Shown here in pieces: positions 40,822 through 52,551 of a DNA stretch of 52,551 bases. The notes below the pieces were generated by a model that was given only the letters and a program-made list of their open reading frames with translations, was not told the DNA's origin and did not search any database. Origin of the DNA: Parasitella parasitica NRRL 2501 (taxonomy: Eukaryota > Fungi > Mucoromycota); assembly GCA_025201805.1 (NCBI GenBank), contig MU619268.1, positions 177,267 to 229,817 of the forward strand, in the 5' to 3' direction. Within the stretch, counting starts at the first letter, position 1, and the number at the start of each line of letters is the position of its first letter. The translations under genes were made by a program, and so were the position numbers.

Positions 40822-41362
40822 TTACATGTTTCCGCTGTAGTAGCCACCCATTTGCTGCTGTTGATCCCCGTACATTTGTTGTTGAACTTGCTGCTGTTGT
40901 GCAGCTTGATCTTGAACTTCATCCTTTTCTTTACCAGTTGCTGTAGTTCTTTCAATCTTTGTAGTCTAGAAATTTGCAGATGTTAGTCTTTTTTTTTTTT
41001 TTNNNNNNNNNNTCAGAGTGATATCTACTGAAGAGTTTACTTCGCGATATTTTCCAAGATAAATCTTTAATGCTTCAGTATAGTTCTCAAAACCAAGAGA
41101 TTGCATAGCCCATAAAATATCTTCGCCGTTGATCGTCTTTCTCTTTTCTTGCTGACAACGATCACTGGCTAAAGTTTTTGTTTCAACATTAGCATTTGAC
41201 GTGACATTCGGATCAAAAGCGTATTTTACCTTCACTTGTAATAAACGAAATGAATTCAGATACACATTCTTGGACACACTCTTTTGCTTCCTTTGCAATT
41301 TTAGCGTTTTCGGGAAGCGCTTTCTTCATGATACGAGCGACACTTTTGATTTTGTAAAGACG

Positions 41363-41448
<86 letters not shown>

Positions 41449-41547
41449 GTCAACATCAAATTAAAAATTATCATACTTTGCAATAGGAAGGAAACGGTCT
41501 TGCTCTTTGATATCGATATCAAGGTCATCTCCAGAATGCGTTGACAT
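40822..41547 (-). CDS. HAP3: CCAAT-binding factor subunit NF-YB/Hap3
   Basis: EQDRFLPIA|[38 protein letters not shown]|[17 protein letters not shown]. Confidence 0.97.
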
Positions 41548-41757
41548 GCTTTCTTAATTGTGTGTATAAGAGGGAAAGAAGGGAGAGAGGCTTCATTTAA
41601 CGACACTGCATTTTCTCTGAGAATTTTCCTCCGAGATTTATCTCATTGATGACGTCCTTAAGATAAACCAAACTCGGGGGGTCTCTAATGTCACTTGCCT
41701 CCACATTTTCAACAAGAAAAACTGCTCTTTTCGGTTCCTTACACTAAAATTAAAACA

Positions 41758-42450
41758 ATGTCTACCCGTTTACTTTCTAAATCTCGTCTTTTAAATCAAG
41801 CTTCTCTTCGTCAAGCTATTCGCAACTATGCTTCCGAGTCAAAGCAAGCTACTCAAAGCTTTCCTGAAGAATGTAAGATTCTTGCTTATTCCTGTTATTC
41901 AAAATGTTGTTCACAATTTACGAAATCGTTGTAGCCTTTAGTGGTAATGCCTGGAGAAATGGCGCAATTGCTATTGTTGCTGGCCTTATATGGTACCGTG
42001 TAGATCAACACATTACTCATTCTGGCGATGTATGTTTCATACTCTTTCAATTAAAACTCGCATTTTTGCATTCTGACATTTTCATATTTGTAGGAAAAGC
42101 ATCCCTTCACTCGTTGGATCGAATACCGTATGACTTCTGCTGAAAAGAACGATGAATTCAATCAAGCTAAATTGGCTTCTGCTGAAGCTGCTGCAGAGTA
42201 CAAGTAAGTATCAAATATGAATCTCTGATATACACATGTTGATTACCTTTTCCATGGTAGACTGTTTGTTCAAAGTGCTCAACGTGCACCTATTTACCGT
42301 ATGAGATATCCCGAGTATGTTTTGACATATATCAACTGTTTCTTTTTCTAATCAAGCATTGATTTTAGGGCTTTCGAACGTCATAGTCCTCGCGGAATCA
42401 CAGCTGGTACTCAAGTTGATTTGACTGATCTCAGAGTTAGATCTGATTAG
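41758..42450 (+). CDS. Mitochondrial complex I accessory subunit (fungal 17.8 kDa-type); 5 exons
   Basis: Presequence MSTRLLSKSRLLNQASLRQAIRNYA, one TM segment, and the C-terminal RYPE|AFERHSPRGITAGTQVDLTDL. Confidence 0.75.
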
Positions 42451-43320
42451 AGAATAGAAAGACGATACAATTAATAGCACAATAAAAAAATAAAAAAAAA
42501 AGTAAAATAACCATGGCATTTGTTTTCAGCGAGATGTGTATCCATTTTTTTGTATTCATCATTGAATAGACTGGAGAATTAATCGATAATAGTTGATACT
42601 AGTTGATTAACGTACGTAAGATCTTCTATATATATCTCACTTGAATGCCATTTGTTTAAATCAGTTAACTCTAAAAAGACCTAATGGTTATCGTAACTTC
42701 AAGCGCATCTGCATTAGATAGTGCTTGCTATAGTGATTTAACAAAAATCGTATTTGATGGGATTATTCATTTATATAAGGATGAGAAGAAAGATTTCTTC
42801 ATTTTATTTTTAAAGATTTGTTGTGGGAGGGGGGAGTTTTCCTTGTAACAGAAAATCAAGTTGAAATGCACATAAATTTTTTCTAAAATCATACACAATG
42901 CTCCCTTTTGAGAAAGATATGCTCATATCACAAAATTATTAATATGGTGGGATCCTATTTTTTCGGCTACGGGGCTTAAATAAAAAGATACGGTAATTTG
43001 CGCAATTCTAGATGACACACTTTACATCATTAAAAGTTCCAAAGATCGTTTAACTAAGGATGTTCTAGCTCGAAACATTGACGAGATTATGCTATTGTCT
43101 TCTCGTAATCCTCGCAAATTTATTTGTTATAAATATTCTATGCCTGTTTAGCCAAATTTTGAAAATGGCAGAGCAGATGATTGTGTATGATAAAAAATGG
43201 AGGACAATAAAGACGGCAAATCTACCAGGAACGCAAAGATTTTGTTGATTGAAAGGAAGTCGTTTCTTTACATTGACTAAATTTACATATGAATAAATTC
43301 AGATGATGTTTTACGTATAG

Positions 43321-43672
43321 CTGTCAAAACTAGATTATAACATTAGACCCGACCCAGGAACAGTTGCAATAACAACGGTTGCATGAGGATGCATGTAAAA
43401 GAACATCGATCTACATATTCTATGGAAACAACATTGGTGTTTAATATGTGAAAGACAAAGCCATACTAGAAGAAGATACACAGATCGAGTGGCATGACGA
43501 ACGAAATCAATACATGTGTGGATCAGCCCACTGCTTCAAATCTTACTACATGTCACGTTCTCGTGGAATAGAGGTTATTCCCATATGTGAACTCTCAAAT
43601 TTTGAATGCATTGTTCGATCTTTGAATCATTAAGGCCACTTGGATACTTGCGGCAAAAAATTCAAAATATAA
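43321..43672 (+). pseudogene. Decayed Fanzor/TnpB-like RuvC nuclease relic (may extend upstream to ~42850)
   Basis: Motifs in order across frameshifts: DPGTVAITTV, IFYGN..YVK.HTRR, DRV.MTNE, HCF, IP..C..NFEC, GHLDTCG.K. Confidence 0.55.
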
Positions 43673-44311
43673 GATAAATACATGTAATCATGCTTTGTTT
43701 ACTTCTATGAACATTGATTTGGATTCAACAGTAAATTTACTCATGTGTCGTTTAATATGAAAATTATAAACAAAAGAAACCAACAATAGCAATTATACGG
43801 TAGATATCTACCAGAGCAACCATGAAGGCCGTGCTGATTATTTACTATTTCATTGCCGGCGATGCCACCACAATCTGACCACTAGATGTGATACAACCTT
43901 CTGCTTAAATCCTCAATCGAATAATAAATCATCGAATAGACTGCAGCAATATATCCCACCCATTTTATTGAAGTTTATTTAGTGGAAATACTAACAAAAA
44001 TCTTGATATATAAGTACTTTGAATATGCACGTGCGTATTTGTAAATCCTGAATAAAAAAAACCCCCCCTTTATCACTTGTGCACCGTTTATTACTTTTTG
44101 AGCTTTCAGAAACTGTTATATTGTGCTGGAAAAGGCCTCTAGCATGATTCTCATGCTTGTCCACTAAAATATACTAAAAATTGCTTCTTCTTGATGCTTA
44201 TGTTGTTGCGCAGCTAAGGTACACGAAACTTGCAACTGAACCAATTTAGTAATCTTTCGAGTGCCAACTTTTTTTTAGTGCATTTCTCTCCCGGACCGCG
44301 CAGATACCGTC

Positions 44312-44334
44312 ATGAGTCATGGTGGCTATAAAAG
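44312..44334 (+). promoter_or_regulatory. ATGAGTCAT (AP-1/Gcn4-type) site plus TATAAAAG upstream of the TFIIA gene
   Basis: Perfect 9-bp bZIP site 6 nt upstream of a canonical TATA box. A probable 5'UTR intron follows (~44472-44542). Confidence 0.4.
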
Positions 44335-44588
44335 CAGATTTTTTCTCATTTTCATCCATTTCGTTCCGCCTTTATTTTGTTTTATTTTTATTTTTTTTCA
44401 TTGTGTAAAAAGATTTGATAAAAGAAAAGGTCAATAGCCATCTGCATATTATATAAATAGTATATTCAAAGGTAATCTATATTATGGTTTAATGTAAAAT
44501 ATACATATACTAATGTAAAATATATGTACGTGTTTATTACAGACTCCAACTCTCAACATCCCTCGTCGTCTCATAATAAGCAATAAAC

Positions 44589-45933
44589 ATGTCGAACGCT
44601 ATTGTGGTAAGTTTGAGTGCGCTTCGTTGTACAATGAATTATTATTGACCGAATGTACTCTAGTCAAATGTTTATCGATATGTAATTGATGATGTTATTA
44701 ATCAAGTTCGTGGAGATTTCGAAGATATGGGTATTGATGACTCTATTTTGCAGGAATTACAACGAGTAAGCAGGAATTTGTAATAAGGAACAGAATTATA
44801 TAGTAATTAACGATAATACTTCAAGTCTTGGGAAACTAAAGTAGCTAGATCTCGCGTAGCAAATTTCGGTTTCAAGGAAGATAATTATTATGAAGATGAT
44901 GGTAATAGTCATGGAGATGGCAATGTTTTATCCAGTAACCATGTCAATAATAATGTCAATGGTCAAAAGCAAAATCAATTATCATATCCCTCAGATTATT
45001 CTAATAACAACACCAATCCACACAACAATAACGGTCCTTCCGCTGCTAGTTTAGCCAGTTTGGCTGCTACAACAGCTGCAGCAAGGCCTCCTTTGCCTCA
45101 ACCTTATGGCTTACCACCAAACATCAACAATAATAATAACGCCTCTAGACCTTTTCCTGATCCATCTCAACTTGTAAATCAATATCAAATGATGCAACAA
45201 CATAAGCCTCCACATATGCAGCAGCTAGCGCAGCAACATCAACAACAGCAAAGCAATACTCTGCCTGAATTACAATTACCTGGACTTCCAAGACCCAATC
45301 TCCCACAAAATGATGGTGCTGGTGATGAGTTTGAGTCTTTAACAACAAAAGTAAGTCTTTGATTTTAAGCAAGAGATCAACATACTTAAAATTATATTAT
45401 AGCAAATTGATCGGCATATTGAAGACATGATTCAATCAAGTCAAGTACAAGCACCAGAAAATGAGGAAATGCAAATCTCATTCACAGCATCCTCTTTCTC
45501 TGGTGAACCTCTTGCACTAGAATCATTACCTGACAGTGTTAAACAGCTAATGAAAGAAGCAAGAGAAAGAGCTATCAAAGCGGGTGCAATCAAGAAACAT
45601 AGCCGTATTGCTCAATTAGATGGAGAAGGTGACACACCTGCTGCCACTCCATCCTCTGCTGGTGATGCTACTGTCACCACTGCAACAACCACTGCAGCAG
45701 CAACCTCCGCTACAACTGCAAATGATGATGATATCAATTCTGATTTGGATGATTCTGACGACGATGATGATGATGGTGAAGGAGGAGAAGAGATTGAACA
45801 CATTATTTTATGCTTATACGATAAAGTGACAAGAACAAAAAACAAGTGGAAGTGTATATTGAAAGACGGCATTATGTTGGTGAATGGCAGAGATTATCTC
45901 TTTCATCGTGCTAATGGTGATTTTGAGTGGTAA
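44589..45933 (+). CDS. TOA1: Transcription factor IIA large (alpha/beta) subunit; 4 exons
   Basis: MSNAIV|SNVYRYVIDDVI...LQELQR|SWETK and the C-terminal ILCLYDKVTRTKNKWKCILKDG...FEW*. Confidence 0.96.
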
Positions 45934-46050
45934 AAGGATAATTATCTAAACATATATAACAAAAAAAAAAAGAAAAAAAAAATAGTATAAGGCCTTGTTA
46001 AATAAAAAGAAAAAAAAATTAAAAATAAAAAAATTTATTAAAACAATATT

Positions 46051-47426
46051 TTAACGTTTGAATAAAGGGTCTAAATCACCAAATAATGCATTATTGGTTT
46101 TAGTGTTGAATAATGGCACAGCAGTAGTTGCGACGGGAGGTGATTTCTGGAACTCGCCAAATGATGAGTCGCTTGACCCCATTTTCACCATGGGCGGTGG
46201 AGTAACAGGTTTTGATCCTATAGATAAATCACGTAGAGCAGCGTAGGGATCAACTTCAATTGATCTGACATTAGCATTCACCTTTTGTTGTGTAGGACTA
46301 GTAGGCGTTGGAATTTGTTGGGAGGCGGTGTTGATGTTAGGAGATGTATTGATAAGATTAGGGTTCAAAGGCGTCGACGAGGATGAATTGGGTTGCAGAA
46401 TACCACCCGTATAAGCAGCCAATTTAACTGGTTTGACAGGGTTTAGCCCTGCTAACTCTGAAAAGAAATCATTTTTTATTGATTTTACTGCTGCTGGCGG
46501 TTGTTTTAGTTCTAGTGGTTGTGAAGCTGAGGTTCCTAATCAGTAAATTTAGATAATCATATTATTAAAGCTTTTTTTTTTATACCTATTCTACTCGCAC
46601 TGTTAGATGATTGAGGAGGGGAGGAGATGGTAGGTGACATTGATGATATCCCCACATCATCGTTTGATAATAGATCTGTAGTTTTCAAGGAAGTGACCAA
46701 ACCAATGGGTACGTTATCATCCACCCAAGATTGAGTGGGCACCATTTTGGGTCTGTCAGTGGTTACATTTAGACTTTGTCTCTTGGCAACTTTGGGAGTA
46801 GGAGATCTTGGAATGCCATCTTCGGTATAAATTTCAGCAATTAAACGTTTAACTTGTTCTGCATGAGCTACACCCTTTTCAAAGTCCAGCCATTTCTTCT
46901 CGTAGTATTTTTGTCTCATAAACAACCTTACATCTCCATCCGTCTCGGGTTCTACTGTCTTCATATTGTAATTGCTCAGCCATATGGTACGAGCTATTCC
47001 GTTGCCACCATGCTGCAAAGAAATGATTTCTGGCCCTGAGAATTTACTTGCCGAGATTGATTTTACTCTATGGCCTACTTCCCGTCTACATTCATATTTG
47101 CAATGACTCATTAAAACACTATAATCTCACAAGTCTTTTCTCCTTACACAAGTCCTGAACAACGAGTACATAAAAAAGTTTGGATGCTGACATTTACAAA
47201 AAAAGGACTCTATATTGTACCGATATTAATAGAATGCTTCGGTTTGATATTGTTTGATACTATACCTTGGTGGGGCAATCGAAGCATTTCTTATTTTCAG
47301 GGATACGTAACAATTCCTTCACTTTTCTTGACATTTTCATGAGCCTTTCATTTTAACCATGTCCCTTTGATATATCACTTACTGTGAGTTGAGTTCTTCT
47401 TGCTTTTTTGCATTAAATGTTGACAT
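46051..47426 (-). CDS. ArfGAP-domain protein, AGFG/Gts1-like
   Basis: Spliced PENKKCFDCPTK|SPFFVNVSIQTFLCTRCSGLV|REVGHRVKSIS, GGNGIARTIWL, FMRQKYYEKKW; low-complexity tail with DPY/DPLF motifs. Confidence 0.92.
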
Positions 47427-48027
47427 TGTGGAATAAAAATTTAGTTAAGATAACCAAGAGAAAAGAATGAGAAAGAGAATTGTTACACTGATAACTTTAT
47501 TGGACTTTACACGCAGGCCAAACTCAGTGTACCCATTTACACTAGCATCATTGTTTGTGGTGGCTTTTTTTTTTTTGGTCCAACATTCTTATTTGGTCCA
47601 TGTTCAATTGTTTCATTCTGCAGAACGCTCGAGCTATTATTATTCTGGCTATAATTATATATTATGCTTATTATTGTTGAATCACTGGGCCCATTCAAGC
47701 TATTTCTAGTTATTTTGGGACAACAATACTTATAATTGAGCTCTTTATCGAGCCTGAGGCTAATTTAATTTTTCAAGTAGAACAAGTAGAATAATATACA
47801 TTTGGTATTTGTTGTGAAGGCATTTCACGAAAAATGTTACGCAAATCGATTAAAGTGGAACCTGATTATGAGGAATAGATCATCGAGATGGCTCCAAATA
47901 TCTTGGTGTGATTTCATTTTATTTTGTCTTTATATTTGAATTTTTGATTTGAACTTGAAAAAGGTCACGAATTATTAGTCATTTAAACAAAACATACCTT
48001 GGTAATTTCTCCTGTCGTAAACAAACA

Positions 48028-48579
48028 ATGGTCAAGTATTCAAATGTTTCTGTACGGCAGCTCATTTATCCTGGAGGCATTGATGACGCTTTAAAAGTTC
48101 GTATTGCTGTTTTTGTTGATGAACAAAAATATACGTTAGAGAGTGAATTAGACAAGTAAATCTGTTAACTGTTAGAAACGGTATATATGTGTTTAGTAAT
48201 GACTGAATATATTTCGACGTTTAGCAATGATGAAGGCTCTTTCCACTGGGCTGCTTATTGCGACAAAGAAAACGAAGACGGTTCTGTCGAAAACAATGTA
48301 CCTGTAGGTACCATTCGTATGATCCCCAAGCCAGGAAACATCGCAAAGTTGGGTCGTTTAGCTGTTCTTAGTACTGCTCGAGGACTTTACATTGGTCAAT
48401 TGCTCGTCAAGGAGCTTATTGACTTTTGCAAAAAGAATGACTATCACACGATTGTCTTGCATTCGCAATATCCTCGTCGGGGATTTTATGCCAGACTTGG
48501 CTTTGTCATTGAACAGGGCGAAGAGATTTTTGATGAGGATGGCACTCCTCATATTCGCATGTACATGCGCAATATTTAA
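48028..48579 (+). CDS. GNAT acetyltransferase, ElaA/YjcF-like; 2 exons
   Basis: VRIAVFVDEQ, GTIRM, KLGRLAVLSTARGLYIG, LHSQ...FYARLGF, FDEDGTPHIRM. Confidence 0.92.
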
Positions 48580-48820
48580 GTATTATCTGCATATCATATA
48601 ACAACTAGAACAAATTATTTAATAGTATTGCTGAATAATTAACGGATTTATGAATAAAAAATGAGTACCTTCAAAGAATTTATACCATCGAGTATTAGCA
48701 GACAAATTACACTTGGGATTATATTATGCAAATACGCTTGTTTCTAAAAAGTAGCGTTATTGAGGCAAAATATAAAAAAAGATAGACCAACCTGTTCTCT
48801 AATGAGAGCCAAAAGCATAT

Positions 48821-49960
48821 CACAGTGCGGCTGGTAAATTTTGTCCGTTCTAAAAAAATAAATGGCGATTTCCGAAAAATAAACGTCGGTTATCTAAAAA
48901 TAAATGGCGCTACCAAGAAAATGATTGGCCGTTTGTCAGCAAATGATTGTCGTTTTCGAGATTTACTTTGTCTTTTAATACGTAATGTTTAAAGTAAGCA
49001 GCTAATTAGAAGTTCAGTTTGTTATAGCAGTTGATGATTTGGCGCTTAGAGTGTCTATAGAAGCCATGGAGATCGCTGAGGCGTTCAGTACATGCATCTG
49101 CGATTCTTTGCGACATATTTTCTTCATTCATCAACCTGTGGCGCTTCCTTTTTCCTTTTAAAAGACACATTGCGTACAATCTTGCTACTCATTAGGATGA
49201 ACCAAAACAAAATTGGGCCCCTATATTCAGCTGGTCAACTGCTCAAAGAATTGTTACTGAGCGTACAGTATTTCTTGCTTGGAATCTTTATTCTCACTTG
49301 TTTTTTTTTCTAACTGCTAAGCTTATATGCGGTTGGCCTCAGTCTACACATAAGTGGCTTCAGCTTGTACCTTTCTTGTTTGCTGAGCAATCTTTAAGTA
49401 GTCTTTAAATTTACCTTGTATTTCAACATGCGCATGTAGCTGCTACTGCAAGACGTTTTCGAATTCATCAAATAGCTTAGGCTGATAGGTACCCTCTTGC
49501 TTGGCAGTCTCTAGGGTAATGCATATATTTCTGTTAACTTTTTTGAGTGATTTATTAAGGGCAGCTTCTGTACCTGTCTTGACAGAGAAGATACTCACAT
49601 TATCACTGAATATATCTACGCCAAAGTCTCCTTTGCTTTGTTCTTGCACAATCACTTTTCGCTTGCAGCATTTGCTTCATTCATCTGAGTGAGAAGTATT
49701 CACATTCAAAGCACATCATCAAGGAATTTGCCAATTCAAAGAAAATGAATCTCTTGTTTTCAGAATCGTTCTGACCATTAATGGTAGTAGCAGCAGCTCT
49801 TTTATCTTTTTCTATCATATCAAGAAGGTCCTTTATTCAAATCTTGGCTGTTATTAGATCGATAAGACTATCACTTTTTTCCGGCAATACAGAGAACAAA
49901 TATTTTTTTTCTTTTTTTATACGAGTTTTATTTGTCGCACGTAAAGATGGACTTACAGAC
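48821..49960. mobile_element. Probable DNA-transposon end with subterminal repeats and a decayed minus-strand ORF
   Basis: Starts CACAGTG. Repeats AAAAATAAATGGCG x2, AAAAATAAACGTCG and AAATGATTG(G/T)C x2. Stop-riddled coding-like sequence at 49000-49960. Confidence 0.4.
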
Positions 49961-50097
49961 CATTAGAAGCGGTGCTCAACAATGTGAAAATATGGATAAG
50001 GATAATTATACTGAAAAGAAAAGGATAAAATAAATCTAAGATAATAGCGCGAGGAGAAGAGGGGAAAAAATATAAAATGCATCTAAAACTGTGTCAA

Positions 50098-52551
50098 TTA
50101 CGCAGAAGATGAAAACAGAACATCTTCTGATTGCATTTTAAGAACTGAGTAGCGGAAGGATGAAAGGAGGGAATTGGATGTTAGAGGGGTTGCATCAAAG
50201 ATAAACCGCCAATGAGCCTTCCATACTTCAGTAATGGCAATGATGAGTAGTGGTGATGGTTTGAGGGAGGATTTGTTGGGGAGAACCTCGATCAAGTCGA
50301 AATTGAGTGAATACAGCGCGTCCATAATCATACGGAGGGTACAGCCTGGCCACAGGTATTCTAGGATCAATCGTTCCCAGAAATTTTGCTTTTCTTCGCA
50401 GTAAAAGAAAAAATGGGCAGTAGATTCCATCGTTGTGAGGCAAAGGGCGCAGTGGGGATCGTTGGCTGGGTTGCAATGATAGTGGAATAGTTTGGTAGGG
50501 ATTTTTCCTTGTATGAGCCTGTAGATGACGTTCCGTTGTGAGTGGTTAAGAAAAAGCGCCCAAAACTGTTTCCAGAGGATAGGAGATGTGACCTGTGTAG
50601 AAGGCAAACGGCGTGTTGTAGCTTCAATAACCATCATNNNNNNNNNNNNNNNNNNNNNNNNNNNNNNNNNNNNNNNNNNNNNNNNNNNNNNNNNNNNNNN
50701 NNNNNNNNNNNNNNNNNNNNNNNNNNNNNNNNNNNNNNNNNNNNNNNNNNNNNNNNNNNNNNNNNNNNNNNNNNNNNNNNNNCTCGAAAGAAAGGAGCAA
50801 ACAAACAGTCTGCTCTGGCTAGTGCATTGTACAGCTTCCTTGTGACAATTTTGAGATCGCGAGGTATTCGGTCGATGGGTATGGGTGTAAGAAATAGCCC
50901 AGTTACCTGCAATTCAAAAATGTCGCTGATCTTTAAGGCCTTCAGCTTGGGAGAGAGTTTGTAGTTGGCAGTTGTAGACGCTATGACAGCAGAGATTGGT
51001 AGCAAGAGGCACTCAATAGGATTGCGATCTTGAGGAGAGAATACCCGTAGAATAGCATCCATTGTTCGAAAGAGCATCGTGGTGGTGGAGGTGAGGGCGC
51101 CAAATGGAGACGTAGAACGAGCAGCTGGGAACAGCAGACCAATGTCTAGAACTTCAGTTTCCAATTGATTCTGAATGTGAACACGCACATAGTTTGAAAT
51201 AGCTGGTGGATGTGGGCGATTAAATAGAACAGGATCTAGCCAACGGTAGTATAGAGCTTTCTGTTGCGCATAAATATCGATGATACCAAGACCACCGTTC
51301 GGTTTTGTAGTGACCATAAGATCCCAACTGAGAACAGGTGTAATGTTGGTGTTGATGAAAGAAATGATGACTGAACGGATGTTGTTGAGGAATTCTTGAG
51401 GAACAGGTAAGACACTGAGAATATACCAACACTTGGAGGCAATGAGCGAGTTGACAATGGTAGCACGACCATACAAAGAGATAGCACGTCTAGTGTGAAA
51501 TTCTGTGGCAAGACGCAGATTGCGAATAAAAGTAGTGAAGAAGAATTGTCTCTGTTGAATGGATTGCACCAAAGGGTAACCAAGATATGTGATAGCTTCG
51601 GCATCGGCAGTGGTCCAGATGTGCGAAATATCAAAATTTTGTAATGGTGTAGGCCAATGGTGTGAAATATCTTGCCCTGATAAAGAGATAGCACGAGTCT
51701 TGTGAAAATTAATTTGAGCATTGGAAGCCGCACTGTAGTTGACAAGATGAACAGTGACGAACTCTAAATCTGCTGATCTATGCAGAAAGAGCAATGTATC
51801 ATCAGCGTAGCTTAGAAGTTTGACAGCCGAAAGAGAAGGAGAGTGATCTGGATACCGACGATGGAAATGAAAGCCTTGGATGCGATCATCATCAAGAATG
51901 CTTCGTAACAAAGGTTCAAGACCAAAGTTATACAATATGCATGGGATTGGGTCGCCCTGCTTCAGTCCACGGAGCTTGGGTACTGTATTGGAGGATAGGT
52001 GGCCATTGACATTAAGGACAATTTGGTTGTTCTTAAAGAGAGTGTAGATGGCTGTGACTAACGTCGAAGGGAAACCATAGTGAAGTAGAACTGTTTGTAG
52101 ATATTCTAGATTGACTCTGTCGTAGGCTTTTTGTTGGTCCAGAAGTAATCCCAACCCAAAATCTTCTGTTTGGTTACTTGCAGCATCTTCTAAGATCATC
52201 TGTGCCAGCAATCCATTTGATGCAATGTACCGACCAAGCATGAAGCCCTGTTGGTGTGGGTTGATGATAGTAGTAGCTACTGACATAATTCGGCTGTTCA
52301 GAAGTCTAGTGAAGATTTTGCTATCACAATTAACCAGTTGAAGAGGTCGATGGTTGCCAATATGGGACGTATCACCCTTCTTGGGTAGCAATGTCATAAT
52401 ACTAATGCCCCACGAGAGAGGGAATATCGCATGCTTTAATGCCTGGTTATAAATATATAGTACGAGGTCTTTGTCTGCTGGGTGATGAATGAGGAAACCG
52501 AGAATTTCATAAGGAATATGGTCGCTGCCTGGTGAGGATTTAGGCGGATGC
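50098..52551 (-). mobile_element. L1/Tx1-clade non-LTR retrotransposon ORF2 (RT + zf-RVT), running off the window edge
   Basis: The frame is open from the window end: SPGSD.IPYE, LLPKKGD..HRPLQL, LDQQKAYDRV, GLKQGDP, SYADD, YLGYP, GGLG, then after the N-gap C..C...E...HFF..C and WKAHW. Confidence 0.96.

Overview
AT-rich, intron-dense eukaryotic DNA that looks fungal, most likely Mucorales (inferred from the short GT-AG introns, gene content and TE types). It is a draft assembly with N-gaps and long homopolymers. About 20 protein-coding genes can be reconstructed by eye: a Zn2Cys6 transcription factor, a rhomboid-like/GT-A glycosyltransferase fusion, PP2A-C, a Snf2/Sth1 ATPase, a GRAM-domain membrane protein, proteasome beta3, a DsbA-like protein, Cyp40, an HRI-like eIF2alpha kinase, a Cys-rich TM-SH3 receptor-like protein, a Fpk1/NRC-2 AGC kinase, METTL15/RsmH, NF-YB, a complex I accessory subunit, the TFIIA large subunit, an ArfGAP, a GNAT and several small orphans. 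Intergenic spaces hold TE relics missed by the ORF track: LINE copies at both ends, a PIF/Harbinger relic, two related internally deleted Helitrons, a CACAGTG-terminated element end, and a decayed Fanzor/TnpB-like (RNA-guided nuclease) gene. The best leads are the Fanzor-like relic, a small PP1-docking protein with a GADD34-like RVxF-TVHxL signature near a uORF-bearing eIF2alpha kinase, and the rhomboid-like-glycosyltransferase fusion. All family calls come from motif recognition, not database searches.
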